A stretch of 51,880 nucleotides of DNA from Candidatus Microgenomates bacterium (GTDB taxonomy: Bacteria; Patescibacteriota; Microgenomatia; JACPZF01): NCBI GenBank assembly GCA_016199065.1, contig JACQHK010000049.1, positions 1-51,880 of the forward strand, in the 5' to 3' direction. The notes below the pieces were generated by a model that was given only the letters and a program-made list of their open reading frames with translations, was not told the origin of the DNA and searched no databases. Each line of letters starts with the position of its first letter. Positions within the stretch are counted from its first letter, which is position 1. A program made the position numbers and the translations under genes. Of this stretch, positions 40,082 to 48,774 are shown in pieces.

Positions 40082-41008
40082 TTAGATAGCAATATGTTTC
40101 TTGGAAGACATTGTTGTTTCCCAAAGCCCATTCTTGAGTGCTTTTTTGTAAGGAAATTTTCTGATGAAAAGATTCATCGCGATACAACCTGCGGTTGCCA
40201 AAGGGTCTCTGAAAAACCATTTTGCTAACGAGATTAAATACAGTTTTTTAGGCATCGAATAGCGTTTTAAGATATCTGATCCAAAAAAGGATACTGCGTT
40301 TTCTTTGTCGGCCAAAACCGCTCTAATTCCTAACAACCGCCAGTCATGAAATGTTTGCACGCTGCGAAAAAGAAGACGTGATTTTTGTGCTACGGCAAAA
40401 GCATACGGGTCTTTTTTGGTAGCCATGGCGTAAATGAAACATTGGTCAGAAATTGTTCCTGCCGGATAATTTAGTTTTTTTCCGAAATCTCTGCGCATCA
40501 GGTTACAACCGGTTGATGAATAAAAATTATTGCCGGAATTTATTTTTAAAAAGGCATCCTGAAAACTGCAAAAGGAAACATAACTAAATCTACCCATCCA
40601 GGTCTCGGGAGGAAGTGGAACCATTAAAGGTGAAACTAAAACGAGTTTCTTCTTACTCTCCAAAGTTTTAACCATTTCTTCCAAAGCATCCTTATTTAGG
40701 AAACAAAGGTCAGCGTCCATAGTCAACAAATAATCTGTCTTAAATTCCCTGTGAATCATATTCAATGCTTCTGCCTTACCGTTGCGCTTATTGTTTGCAC
40801 GATAAGAAACCATGCTGTTATTATTAGCTACTTTTTTAATTTCATCTACTGTACCGTCCGTGCATCCATCACAAACTACTAAAATTTTTTCGATTGAAAA
40901 ACTTTGTTGCTTTTGTTTTAAGAGCGATTTAAGCAAGACCGCAATATTTCCTTCCTCGTTATAGGCAGGAATGCCAATGGTCAATGTTTTTCGTTTATTC
41001 ATCTTCAT
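40082..41008 (-). CDS. GT2-family glycosyltransferase
   Basis: LTIGIPAYNEEGNIAVLL, VVCDGCTDGT and MDADL motifs. The ATG at 41008 forms an ATGA overlap with the upstream stop (41005-41007). Confidence 0.8.
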   Translation of the reverse strand: MKMNKRKTLTIGIPAYNEEGNIAVLLKSLLKQKQQSFSIEKILVVCDGCTDGTVDEIKKVANNNSMVSYRANNKRNGKAEALNMIHREFKTDYLLTMDADLCFLNKDALEEMVKTLESKKKLVLVSPLMVPLPPETWMGRFSYVSFCSFQDAFLKINSGNNFYSSTGCNLMRRDFGKKLNYPAGTISDQCFIYAMATKKDPYAFAVAQKSRLLFRSVQTFHDWRLLGIRAVLADKENAVSFFGSDILKRYSMPKKLYLISLAKWFFRDPLATAGCIAMNLFIRKFPYKKALKNGLWETTMSSKKHIAI

Positions 41009-41931
41009 ATTTTTAAATCTAACTTTTTGGTTGTTAGGGCTATTGCCCATTTTGCGGTAGAGTACTGGCTCGGGGATTTGGCTTTTAGCTTACAATAAAA
41101 ATTAACTAAGAAAATATAGGAACATAAAACGGGATGTCTGAGAAATTCTTTAAACATCAAAGTAATAAGCAAACCGCGGGGAAGAGCAAATTCCTTTTCA
41201 ACCAACTCTTTTTTAAAATACTCAAACATTCGGTAAGACGTGATAGCTATTCTAGTACCCTGCCTAATATGATCTCTTAATGCTCGCGGAGAACGAAAAT
41301 ATACCAGGGCTTGAGAAACATAACGGTATTTGTAACCGTAAGTCAGGCAACTAAAGTATGTAAAAGAATCGTTAGAAGTCATGTTAGAAGGAACGTTTAT
41401 CTTTTTTACTAACTCTTTTTTGAAAGCTAAGATCTGACCAATGGCTGTATATACATTATGTTCTTTTCCAATAAGAGCTCTCATCTGATCATAGACTCTA
41501 TAACTACAACCCACTGCCTTTTCGGTAAAAGTAACGGCGGGAAGAGGTAGAGTACGACCACCTGTCATTCCCACACTTTTATTCTCCTTAAACGGTTTGA
41601 TTAGGTCTGTTATTAGGTAAGGGTAAGAAAAAATAACATCGGCATCCGATTGAACTAAGATATCGCTCTTTAAATTTTGGTAAATATCGTTTAAGTGACT
41701 TGATTTTCCAATCCTTTTTTTATAGGCAAAAATTTTTATTTTGGAGTTGTTGAGTGATTTTGCTTTTTTCACCGTATCGTCCGTAGATCCATCGGAGTAG
41801 ACCAAAATTTTTTCCAGTACATAACCTGTTTCTTTTTGTTTAAGCACAGATTCCAGAAAGGGAAGAATATTTTCCCCTTCATTAAAACAGCTCACGGCAA
41901 CAGTGACGGTTGGTTTACTTATTATTTTCAT
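41005..41931 (-). CDS. GT2-family glycosyltransferase
   Basis: VTVAVSCFNEGENILPFL, VYSDGSTDDT and SDADV motifs. Its start overlaps the stop of the 1570-aa gene by 4 nt. Confidence 0.8.
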   Translation of the reverse strand: MKIISKPTVTVAVSCFNEGENILPFLESVLKQKETGYVLEKILVYSDGSTDDTVKKAKSLNNSKIKIFAYKKRIGKSSHLNDIYQNLKSDILVQSDADVIFSYPYLITDLIKPFKENKSVGMTGGRTLPLPAVTFTEKAVGCSYRVYDQMRALIGKEHNVYTAIGQILAFKKELVKKINVPSNMTSNDSFTYFSCLTYGYKYRYVSQALVYFRSPRALRDHIRQGTRIAITSYRMFEYFKKELVEKEFALPRGLLITLMFKEFLRHPVLCSYIFLVNFYCKLKAKSPSQYSTAKWAIALTTKKLDLKI

Positions 41932-44900
41932 AAGTTCTTTTTAACAAAGCTTAATTTACGGGAAGGAACTATTCTTTTATTTTCATATAGTTCATATTCT
42001 ATGTGTCTTAACAGCTCTTCCGCACTTTTCTCCCAGCTGAAATTTCTTGCCCAGGTTTGGGCCTCAAGTGACATAACAAGACGCAAATTTCTGTCTTGGG
42101 CAATTTTAAGCATTGCGTCGTACCACGCTTCTATCTGACGAGGAGGAACTAAGATGCCGGTTTTACCCTCCACTACTGAATCTTTTAACCCGCTGACATT
42201 TGAGGCAATCACACAAGTACCGGCGGCGTTGGCCTCAATAACGGTAATTCCCCAACCTTCAATACTGGAAGGTTGAAGAACCGCCCAGCTTTGGGACAAG
42301 ACTTTATTTTTTTCCGCGTCATTAACTTTTCCTAAAAACTCTATGCTTGATTCAAGCTTTAATTCTCTGACCAAGTTTTTAAGTCGATCGCGATCTTCAC
42401 CGTCGCCGGCGATAATTAATTTGGCCGTATCATATTTTTCTTTAAGGCGTGAAAAGGCTTTAATCGCAATATCTACGTTTTTATAGGGTTTTAATCTACC
42501 CAAATAAGAGAACAGGACAGTTTTGGATTTAGGTAAAATATCTTCCGGATAGACTTCTTCTATGCCTGGGTTAATCACTTTAATTTCTTGCGCAATTCCC
42601 ATACCCAGTTTTAACATTTCTTTCTTTGATGATTCGGAAATGGTAATAAATTTTTGTTTTTTATAAACCAGTGGTGTCAACCTTGATTCTATAAATCGTG
42701 CCAACTGAGAAAACGGAAATCTTAAATGCCTCCGAAAAACTTCCTGATGAATGTGAAAAATTAGCACAAATTTAGGCAAGGAAGAGTATAGCGGGGTAAG
42801 AAAGGGTACGCCGTTTTGGCTGTCAATAATAAAGTCGTATTTCCCTCTTAAACGGAAGAGATAATAAATAAACGCCCAGAAATATACTGTATAGAAACCT
42901 CCGCGTCTGATAATTTTTACGCCCTCTAATTCGTCAAGACTCTTGTGTCGTTTGTCATTACCGCAAAAAATGGTCACTTCGTATCCTTTTTTAATCCAAC
43001 GTCTGGCCAGTTCAAAAAGATATTTTTCGGCACCACCGGCCCAAACATGTTTGGTGTCCCTCCAGTTAAAAATGAGAATTCTGGCTTTGGCATGGTCTTT
43101 TCCACCGATGTGGCTGTCAACGTTATAAACTTTAAACAATCCTAGTAAATCAGAAAAATTGCTGAATAATATACCAAAGGCATCAGAAAAAATATGCATC
43201 AATACTACTGCGGAGGTAAAAAACAGGCTGGTAAAAAACATTACGTTGACTACCTGGGCAATGTTTTGATGAAAGTAAATAATCCCCAAAGGAATAAACA
43301 GAGTCAGGATAGAAGAGACAATTGGCACATAATATTCCTTTTTAATCTGGTGGTAACTGATAAAAGACATCGCCACACCAAATAAGGCAAATGCTAAGCT
43401 ATATTTACCAAGATAAGGAACAATGGCTAAGCCTTTTTCTCCGAAAAGCATGGTGGCAAAGTATCCGCCGAAAAAGCTCAGAAAAATTACACCAAAGACG
43501 CTACTGGCAAAAACCGCCAAAAGTAACAGATAAAACACTGTTTTCGAATTTTTTCCCTCTCCCTCCTTTTTACTAACTAAAGGATTGATAAACTGGGAAA
43601 ACAAAGAACCCAACATAAAGATTATTTTTCCGCTTAAGGAAAGCAGGGCGTATTCTCCTGCCGCAACAGCGCTTAGATAATGTTTGGCAAAAATTACGTC
43701 TAAACTTAAAACCGAAATCGTGGAAAAATTGTTTAACAATGAGGCAAAATAGAATTTTTTAGGCACCAGACTGCTTCCGGCATAATCCTGAACGCTTTTG
43801 CCGATTCTTTCGAGGTAATCTTTTCTGATGATAACCCTGCTTAACATCAATACCATGAGGATAGAAAACGGTATCGAAGCATAAACAAATTGTGTCTGTC
43901 CCGAAAACGTTGCCAATAAAACAAAAAGTAGTTTTACGGCTGCTTCAATAATTAACAGGAAAGAAACGGCGATGAAGATGTGAGAACCGGATAGAAATGC
44001 CGTATCTACGGAGTAAAGTGTCGAAAAAACCCATACCGGTGCAAACAAAACAAAAGGCAATATGGAATCTGTCTTAAAAAAACCTTGTAAAAGTGGCGTA
44101 CTAATAAGCCACAACAGAGAAAGAATAAACGAGAAAGGAAGAATTTTTTTGCGTAAAGAAAGCCAGTACTCAACAGAAGGAGATCCTTGTTTTCCTAAAA
44201 GATAGGCGGTTTTATAAATTACCGTGCGCGATAAAGCGCCCAGTGGTATTTGGGAAAGATATAAGAATCCGCCTATTAAGCTAACAGTACCAAACTCAAC
44301 GACGCTTAAGGTTTTACCTAAATAAATGTTGAAAAGAAAATTCAGAAAATAACTAGCCAAAGAAGAGATAACGAGAATTGCTCCTCCTAAGGCAATATTT
44401 GGGCTGGGATGAGGGTTAATATTGACAGGAGCCAAGGGAACATATTTTGTCAAATTATTATTTTCTCTTATGACTTTGGCCTTTTGTAGGTGAAAACCAT
44501 GGATAGTTTTTTCCCAATAATGAGGTTTAAAAATTAACTGAATAAGAGCAATAAAAGCGCTGATGCTAACCATCAACCAATATACGGGAATCAAATAAAC
44601 ATACTTAATAAGTTCCCAATGTCCACGTTTGGCACAACCAATCATGTAGTTATAAAGACAGATAAAATTACCAAAAACCAAAGAGGAAACCGCCATGTAA
44701 AAAATGGCCGTTGGGTAGAGTGATTCAATAGTCGGTCCGACCAGAGAATACAATAAAAAATAAGAGGCTGTGGCAAGCCAAAGAAACGGATTAATGAGCA
44801 TAAAAGCCGTCTTTCCGCCTATCACTATCTGAAAGATCAGAGAATGACTCCGGTGATTTTTCAAAAAGTCAAAGTTATTTCGGCTGTGGACAAAGTAGGT

Positions 44901-46640
44901 TTGAATATAACCTTTAATCCAACGGGATCTTTGTCTAAACCAATTTTTGATATTGCTGTTAGCTTCCTCGAGCGTTGTCGAGTCAATGATTGCTGTTTTA
45001 TAACCTTCGCGAAAAAGCCGTACACCCAGATCACAATCTTCAGTAACATTGAAAGGATCCCAGCCATGTAACTTTAGTAAATCTTTTCTTCGGAAATGAT
45101 TACTGGTCCCACCGAGCGGGATGGTTGTATCAATTGATTGAAGGCCGGGAAGAACTACATCAAACCATAGGGAATATTCTGCCGTAAACAATCTGGTTAA
45201 TAAATTATGTTTGGGATTGTAATAATTTAGTTTAGCCTGCAAACAGATAGTTTGAGGATTGGCTAGAGAAAATGCCAGATATGCCTTCTTTAACTGTTGG
45301 GGGTCGGGAATGTCTTCGGCGTCATAAATTACAACATATTCGCCTTGGGCAAAATGAAGACCATAATTGCAAGCCTTAGGCTTTGTTTTGGGTTGTGACT
45401 CAGGAACGACAATGATTTTAAAATAAGAAGGAAGTTTAGTATTGTTAGCAGCCTCGATGGTTTCTCTGTCGTTTTCCTCTAAAAGAAGCAATACTTCCAA
45501 CTTACTTTTAGGCCAGTCAATTTTCTGAATTGAATCCAAGAACTGGGGAAGAACGCTGGCTTCTTTATATAAAGGACACAAAATCGAGTAAATTGGTAAG
45601 GTTTTCTCTTTTAAAGCTGCCAACGCTTCTTCCGTAATGTGAATCTCAGGAGGTGAATATAAACTACGCAAAATAACATAGGTATTAAAAATTACATCCA
45701 GAAAATAGATGAAGCTTAAGACTGCCACAAACAAAAGCGCTGTAAAATGGGCATTTAGTATTAAACCAAGAACCAAGGAGAAAATTACCAGCAAGAAAAA
45801 AAATTTTTGCCAGAGAGAAAGTGTTTTTAGCGCGGTTTTGTGTAGCGGCAGAGTGGTGTGGGTAATAAACCTCTTCTTTTTGTAGACTACTCCAGCACCA
45901 ATCATGGAATTTTTCTTAAGCGGGTCTATGGTAAAAGTTTTCTTTCTCTTGAATTTGATTTTCAGGTTACCCGAAACAATTTCTACGGCAGTGTGAAAAA
46001 ACTTAACATGTGATTTACCGTGTATTCTGTGAAAATAGGCAATATCCAAGGAGGAGATCTTAAATCCCATTTCCTGGCAGTAATGTAAAAGCACCGTATC
46101 AAAAGTCCAGGGAGAAATCTCGTTTTTAGTAATTTGTCTAGCTATTTCCTTTCGAAAAACCTTTAATCCTGACTGGATATCGCAGTTAAGTCCTAAAAGA
46201 AGTCTACCTACTAAGAAGGCGTTGACCCGAGAAGAAAAACGGCGGAACCAACTGCTGTGATACTTTTTTCTGTTGGCCACGACTACGCCTAATTCCTTGT
46301 TTTTACTAAGAAGGGAAAACATTTGGGGCAAACTTTCGGCAGGATACTGCAAATCACCATCAATCATTCCGACAATCTCCGCTTCGGCCGCAGCCACTCC
46401 TTGCCACAAAGAAAATCCCTTGCCTGTTTTACCGTCTTTTACCAATACTTTTATAGGGTATTTTTTAGTTAGACCTTTGGCGTGCTCCAAACTGTTATCA
46501 GTGGAAACATCGACGACAATAATTATTTCGTAGTTAAGACCTTCCGCACGACAAGCACGATCGATTTTCTCGGCTAAAGGCGCTAAGTTATGAGCCTCGT
46601 TTTTAACGGGAATGATAATACTGAACTGCTTCATCTCCAC
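41928..46640 (-). CDS. 1570-aa multidomain glycan synthase fusion: GT2 + processive-type GT2 + flippase-like polytopic region + GT4
   Basis: Residues 5-230 (nt ~45951-46628) are a DPM1-like GT2 (IIIPVKNEAHNL, VVDVSTDNS, DGDLQYP). A TM pair lies at ~278-325. Residues 345-600 (nt ~44841-45608) are a second GT2 with YDAEDIP and the Q-x-x-RW motif (FRQRSRWIKGY), followed by TM helices. Residues ~745-1160 (nt ~43161-44408) form a Wzx/MOP-like region of about 12 TM helices. Residues ~1185-1545 (nt ~42006-43088) are a GT4 (EGWGITVIEANAAGTCVIASNVSGLKDSVVEGKTGILV). Confidence 0.75.
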   Translation of the reverse strand: MEMKQFSIIIPVKNEAHNLAPLAEKIDRACRAEGLNYEIIIVVDVSTDNSLEHAKGLTKKYPIKVLVKDGKTGKGFSLWQGVAAAEAEIVGMIDGDLQYPAESLPQMFSLLSKNKELGVVVANRKKYHSSWFRRFSSRVNAFLVGRLLLGLNCDIQSGLKVFRKEIARQITKNEISPWTFDTVLLHYCQEMGFKISSLDIAYFHRIHGKSHVKFFHTAVEIVSGNLKIKFKRKKTFTIDPLKKNSMIGAGVVYKKKRFITHTTLPLHKTALKTLSLWQKFFFLLVIFSLVLGLILNAHFTALLFVAVLSFIYFLDVIFNTYVILRSLYSPPEIHITEEALAALKEKTLPIYSILCPLYKEASVLPQFLDSIQKIDWPKSKLEVLLLLEENDRETIEAANNTKLPSYFKIIVVPESQPKTKPKACNYGLHFAQGEYVVIYDAEDIPDPQQLKKAYLAFSLANPQTICLQAKLNYYNPKHNLLTRLFTAEYSLWFDVVLPGLQSIDTTIPLGGTSNHFRRKDLLKLHGWDPFNVTEDCDLGVRLFREGYKTAIIDSTTLEEANSNIKNWFRQRSRWIKGYIQTYFVHSRNNFDFLKNHRSHSLIFQIVIGGKTAFMLINPFLWLATASYFLLYSLVGPTIESLYPTAIFYMAVSSLVFGNFICLYNYMIGCAKRGHWELIKYVYLIPVYWLMVSISAFIALIQLIFKPHYWEKTIHGFHLQKAKVIRENNNLTKYVPLAPVNINPHPSPNIALGGAILVISSLASYFLNFLFNIYLGKTLSVVEFGTVSLIGGFLYLSQIPLGALSRTVIYKTAYLLGKQGSPSVEYWLSLRKKILPFSFILSLLWLISTPLLQGFFKTDSILPFVLFAPVWVFSTLYSVDTAFLSGSHIFIAVSFLLIIEAAVKLLFVLLATFSGQTQFVYASIPFSILMVLMLSRVIIRKDYLERIGKSVQDYAGSSLVPKKFYFASLLNNFSTISVLSLDVIFAKHYLSAVAAGEYALLSLSGKIIFMLGSLFSQFINPLVSKKEGEGKNSKTVFYLLLLAVFASSVFGVIFLSFFGGYFATMLFGEKGLAIVPYLGKYSLAFALFGVAMSFISYHQIKKEYYVPIVSSILTLFIPLGIIYFHQNIAQVVNVMFFTSLFFTSAVVLMHIFSDAFGILFSNFSDLLGLFKVYNVDSHIGGKDHAKARILIFNWRDTKHVWAGGAEKYLFELARRWIKKGYEVTIFCGNDKRHKSLDELEGVKIIRRGGFYTVYFWAFIYYLFRLRGKYDFIIDSQNGVPFLTPLYSSLPKFVLIFHIHQEVFRRHLRFPFSQLARFIESRLTPLVYKKQKFITISESSKKEMLKLGMGIAQEIKVINPGIEEVYPEDILPKSKTVLFSYLGRLKPYKNVDIAIKAFSRLKEKYDTAKLIIAGDGEDRDRLKNLVRELKLESSIEFLGKVNDAEKNKVLSQSWAVLQPSSIEGWGITVIEANAAGTCVIASNVSGLKDSVVEGKTGILVPPRQIEAWYDAMLKIAQDRNLRLVMSLEAQTWARNFSWEKSAEELLRHIEYELYENKRIVPSRKLSFVKKNL

Positions 46641-46820
46641 AACAAAATATCGAGAAAAATACCGAGGGCAGCTTTATAAACTTATAGGGTATTTTTTCTT
46701 GTCTGAGGATTATAACTGATAGTCCTTTGAAAAACAAAGGGCAAAATGGTAAAGATTGCGTATGAAATTAGTATCTGGCGGCAAGTATTAAGTATTAAGC
46801 AAATAAGTAAATTGTAAATT

Positions 46821-47774
46821 TTACAAATTTCCCTTGATACTTACTACTGTCTTATTTCCGCTATGAAATTTTTGGTGAACAATCTTAAGTTGCGGGTTAG
46901 TAACGTGCGTGTAAATCTGGGTTGTTCCTACGTTCTTGTGACCAAGCATCTCCTGAACGCTTCTTAAATCAGCCCCTTTGATTAATAAATCGGTCGCGAA
47001 AGAATGTCTTAGTGTGTGTGGCGTGGCCTTGACAGGAATCCTGGCTTTTTGGACGTATTTGGTCAAAATTCTTTCGATGCTGCGCGTAGTCAGGCGCATC
47101 TTTTCACCATTATCCTCAGATTTTGAATCAGGCCGTTGGTGGATAAATAAAGGTACAAATTCATCTTTACGGGCTTCAAGATATCTTTTTAGCCATAAAA
47201 CAGCCTGATCCGATAAAAAAACTACCCTTGGTTTTTGTCCTTTACCAATCACACCGATCTCACGGGTGTCAAAATTTAGCTGTAAGCGGTTTAATTTCGC
47301 AAGTTCAGAAACACGCAATCCCGTAGAAAAAAGAGTTTCCAAAATTGCCCGATCCCTTTTACCGGCAACGTCAGCAACGTCAATACTGTTAAGCAATCGC
47401 CAAAGTTGCTCAGGATTAAGAAATTTTAATGACTTTCCTTCAGTTTTGGCCAAATCAATTTTATCTGGTGAAACCGTCTTGACGTCATTTTTAATCATAT
47501 AACGCAGGAATGATCTTAGGGCAATAACATAGTAATTTTGGGTAATGCGCTTCAGAAGTTGCCCTTTGGTATCTGTATGGCGGGCCAAATACAACCTAAA
47601 CTGCCTGATGGATTCCTGATCTAGATCTTCTGCATTTAAACCACGGTTTTGGCTCTTAAACCAGTCGATAAAGACGCTTAAGTAATGATGGTAGTTGCGT
47701 ACTGTAAGATTAGAACAGTTTTTTTCGATTTCTAAATATTCAAGGAAGCGGATTAAACCGTCTTTAAGGTCCAT
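46821..47774 (-). CDS. XerC/XerD-family tyrosine recombinase
   Basis: ATG at 47774; the upstream ORF-track extension lies in the TGTACAAT repeat. There is an N-terminal SAM-like domain. Catalytic residues are present: R (GLRVSEL), H-x-x-R (HTLRHSFATDLL), H (LGHKNVGTTQIY) and Y (IYTHV). Confidence 0.85.
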   Translation of the reverse strand: MDLKDGLIRFLEYLEIEKNCSNLTVRNYHHYLSVFIDWFKSQNRGLNAEDLDQESIRQFRLYLARHTDTKGQLLKRITQNYYVIALRSFLRYMIKNDVKTVSPDKIDLAKTEGKSLKFLNPEQLWRLLNSIDVADVAGKRDRAILETLFSTGLRVSELAKLNRLQLNFDTREIGVIGKGQKPRVVFLSDQAVLWLKRYLEARKDEFVPLFIHQRPDSKSEDNGEKMRLTTRSIERILTKYVQKARIPVKATPHTLRHSFATDLLIKGADLRSVQEMLGHKNVGTTQIYTHVTNPQLKIVHQKFHSGNKTVVSIKGNL

Positions 47775-48475
47775 AAAGAATAATTTACAATTTACAATGT
47801 ACAATGTACAATTTTTGTTTTTTTTGCATATATCCCGCGTAGAGAAGTAGAAAACGACCAGAGAAGTGTTTTGAGGCTAAAAAGGGGTTTTTAGGTCTGG
47901 AGCCGAATTGGAGAATAATGGGCAGTAAATTTGTCATAAAACTTATTTTAAATTAAAAATAATTATAAATTGTACTTTGTAAATTATACATTTGCGTGGC
48001 CTATGCCCTGCAGTCTAGCCTCGGTCAACGTCGTAAAAGTATTATTGTGCGACATTAGCAGTATAATCTCCTATCTGCCTTCTGTCAAGGATTTTTTGGT
48101 CTCCGTCAAAAAACCTCCAGACTCTTAAAAGAGAGTAAGTTCTATCTTGTATGGCAGCTGTTACCTCTTGCGATACTGTGGTGTTTATTTAGCGTCTCTT
48201 GGATTTTGCTCTAAACAGACAACTCTTGATACATCCTCCCCGGGGATTAACAACCTATCCGGGACTAAATGATATTTAGCCCTTATTATCAGTCTAAATC
48301 ATTATTTTTATGGCTAACATTTTTATAAAAAGTAGGAAAAAGTAAGTTTTGGGCTTTATTATGCTCTAAACTGCTAAATTCGTGGCTAAAAGTAACATTA
48401 TAAATAACGTGCCTGTATCATCATTGGGAGCATAATAGCAGCTAAATTGCCATTTCTAAGGCTAGAATATCAGAC

Positions 48476-48484
48476 TTATCCACA
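48476..48484 (+). promoter_or_regulatory. exact match to the DnaA-box consensus TTATCCACA (function unproven)
   Basis: Exact 9/9 match. Related minus-strand 9-mers TTAGCCACG (48381-48389 and 48586-48594) and TTAGCCATA (48309-48317) each match the consensus at 7/9. Confidence 0.3.
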
Positions 48485-48774
48485 ACTATGATACGGTCTA
48501 AAAAGTCTTTTCGGGTTTTATTCGGTTGGACTTAACGTATTCATCGCCTAGTTTGGAGCATAATAACAATCTAAACAGCAATATTCGTGGCTAATTTCCT
48601 TCCCGATAATAGAGGTAAACTGTATCAAAATTTAAATTCGCAAGGAATCTCTAACGATCGTGAAAATTTATTCACGTGAAAACTATAGGATAAACACATA
48701 TATCAAACTGTATCATATTTACTATAGGATACTATAGGTTACTTCTCTCTTCTCTACTTGGGACAGGCGGATAA

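Noticed and set aside
47918-47956. 12-codon ORF (MGSKFVIKLILN) with a GGAG 4 nt upstream
   Set aside because: It is too short to support. Such ORFs are frequent in AT-rich DNA. It is mentioned only because of the SD-like GGAG.
48210-48594. Possible CRISPR array, with a ~72-83-nt period resembling repeat plus spacer
   Set aside because: Repeat copies are far too divergent (15-22 of 25 identical, and flanking parts are even inverted between copies). Spacing is irregular (56-83 nt). No cas genes occur in the window. Genuine arrays have near-identical repeats.
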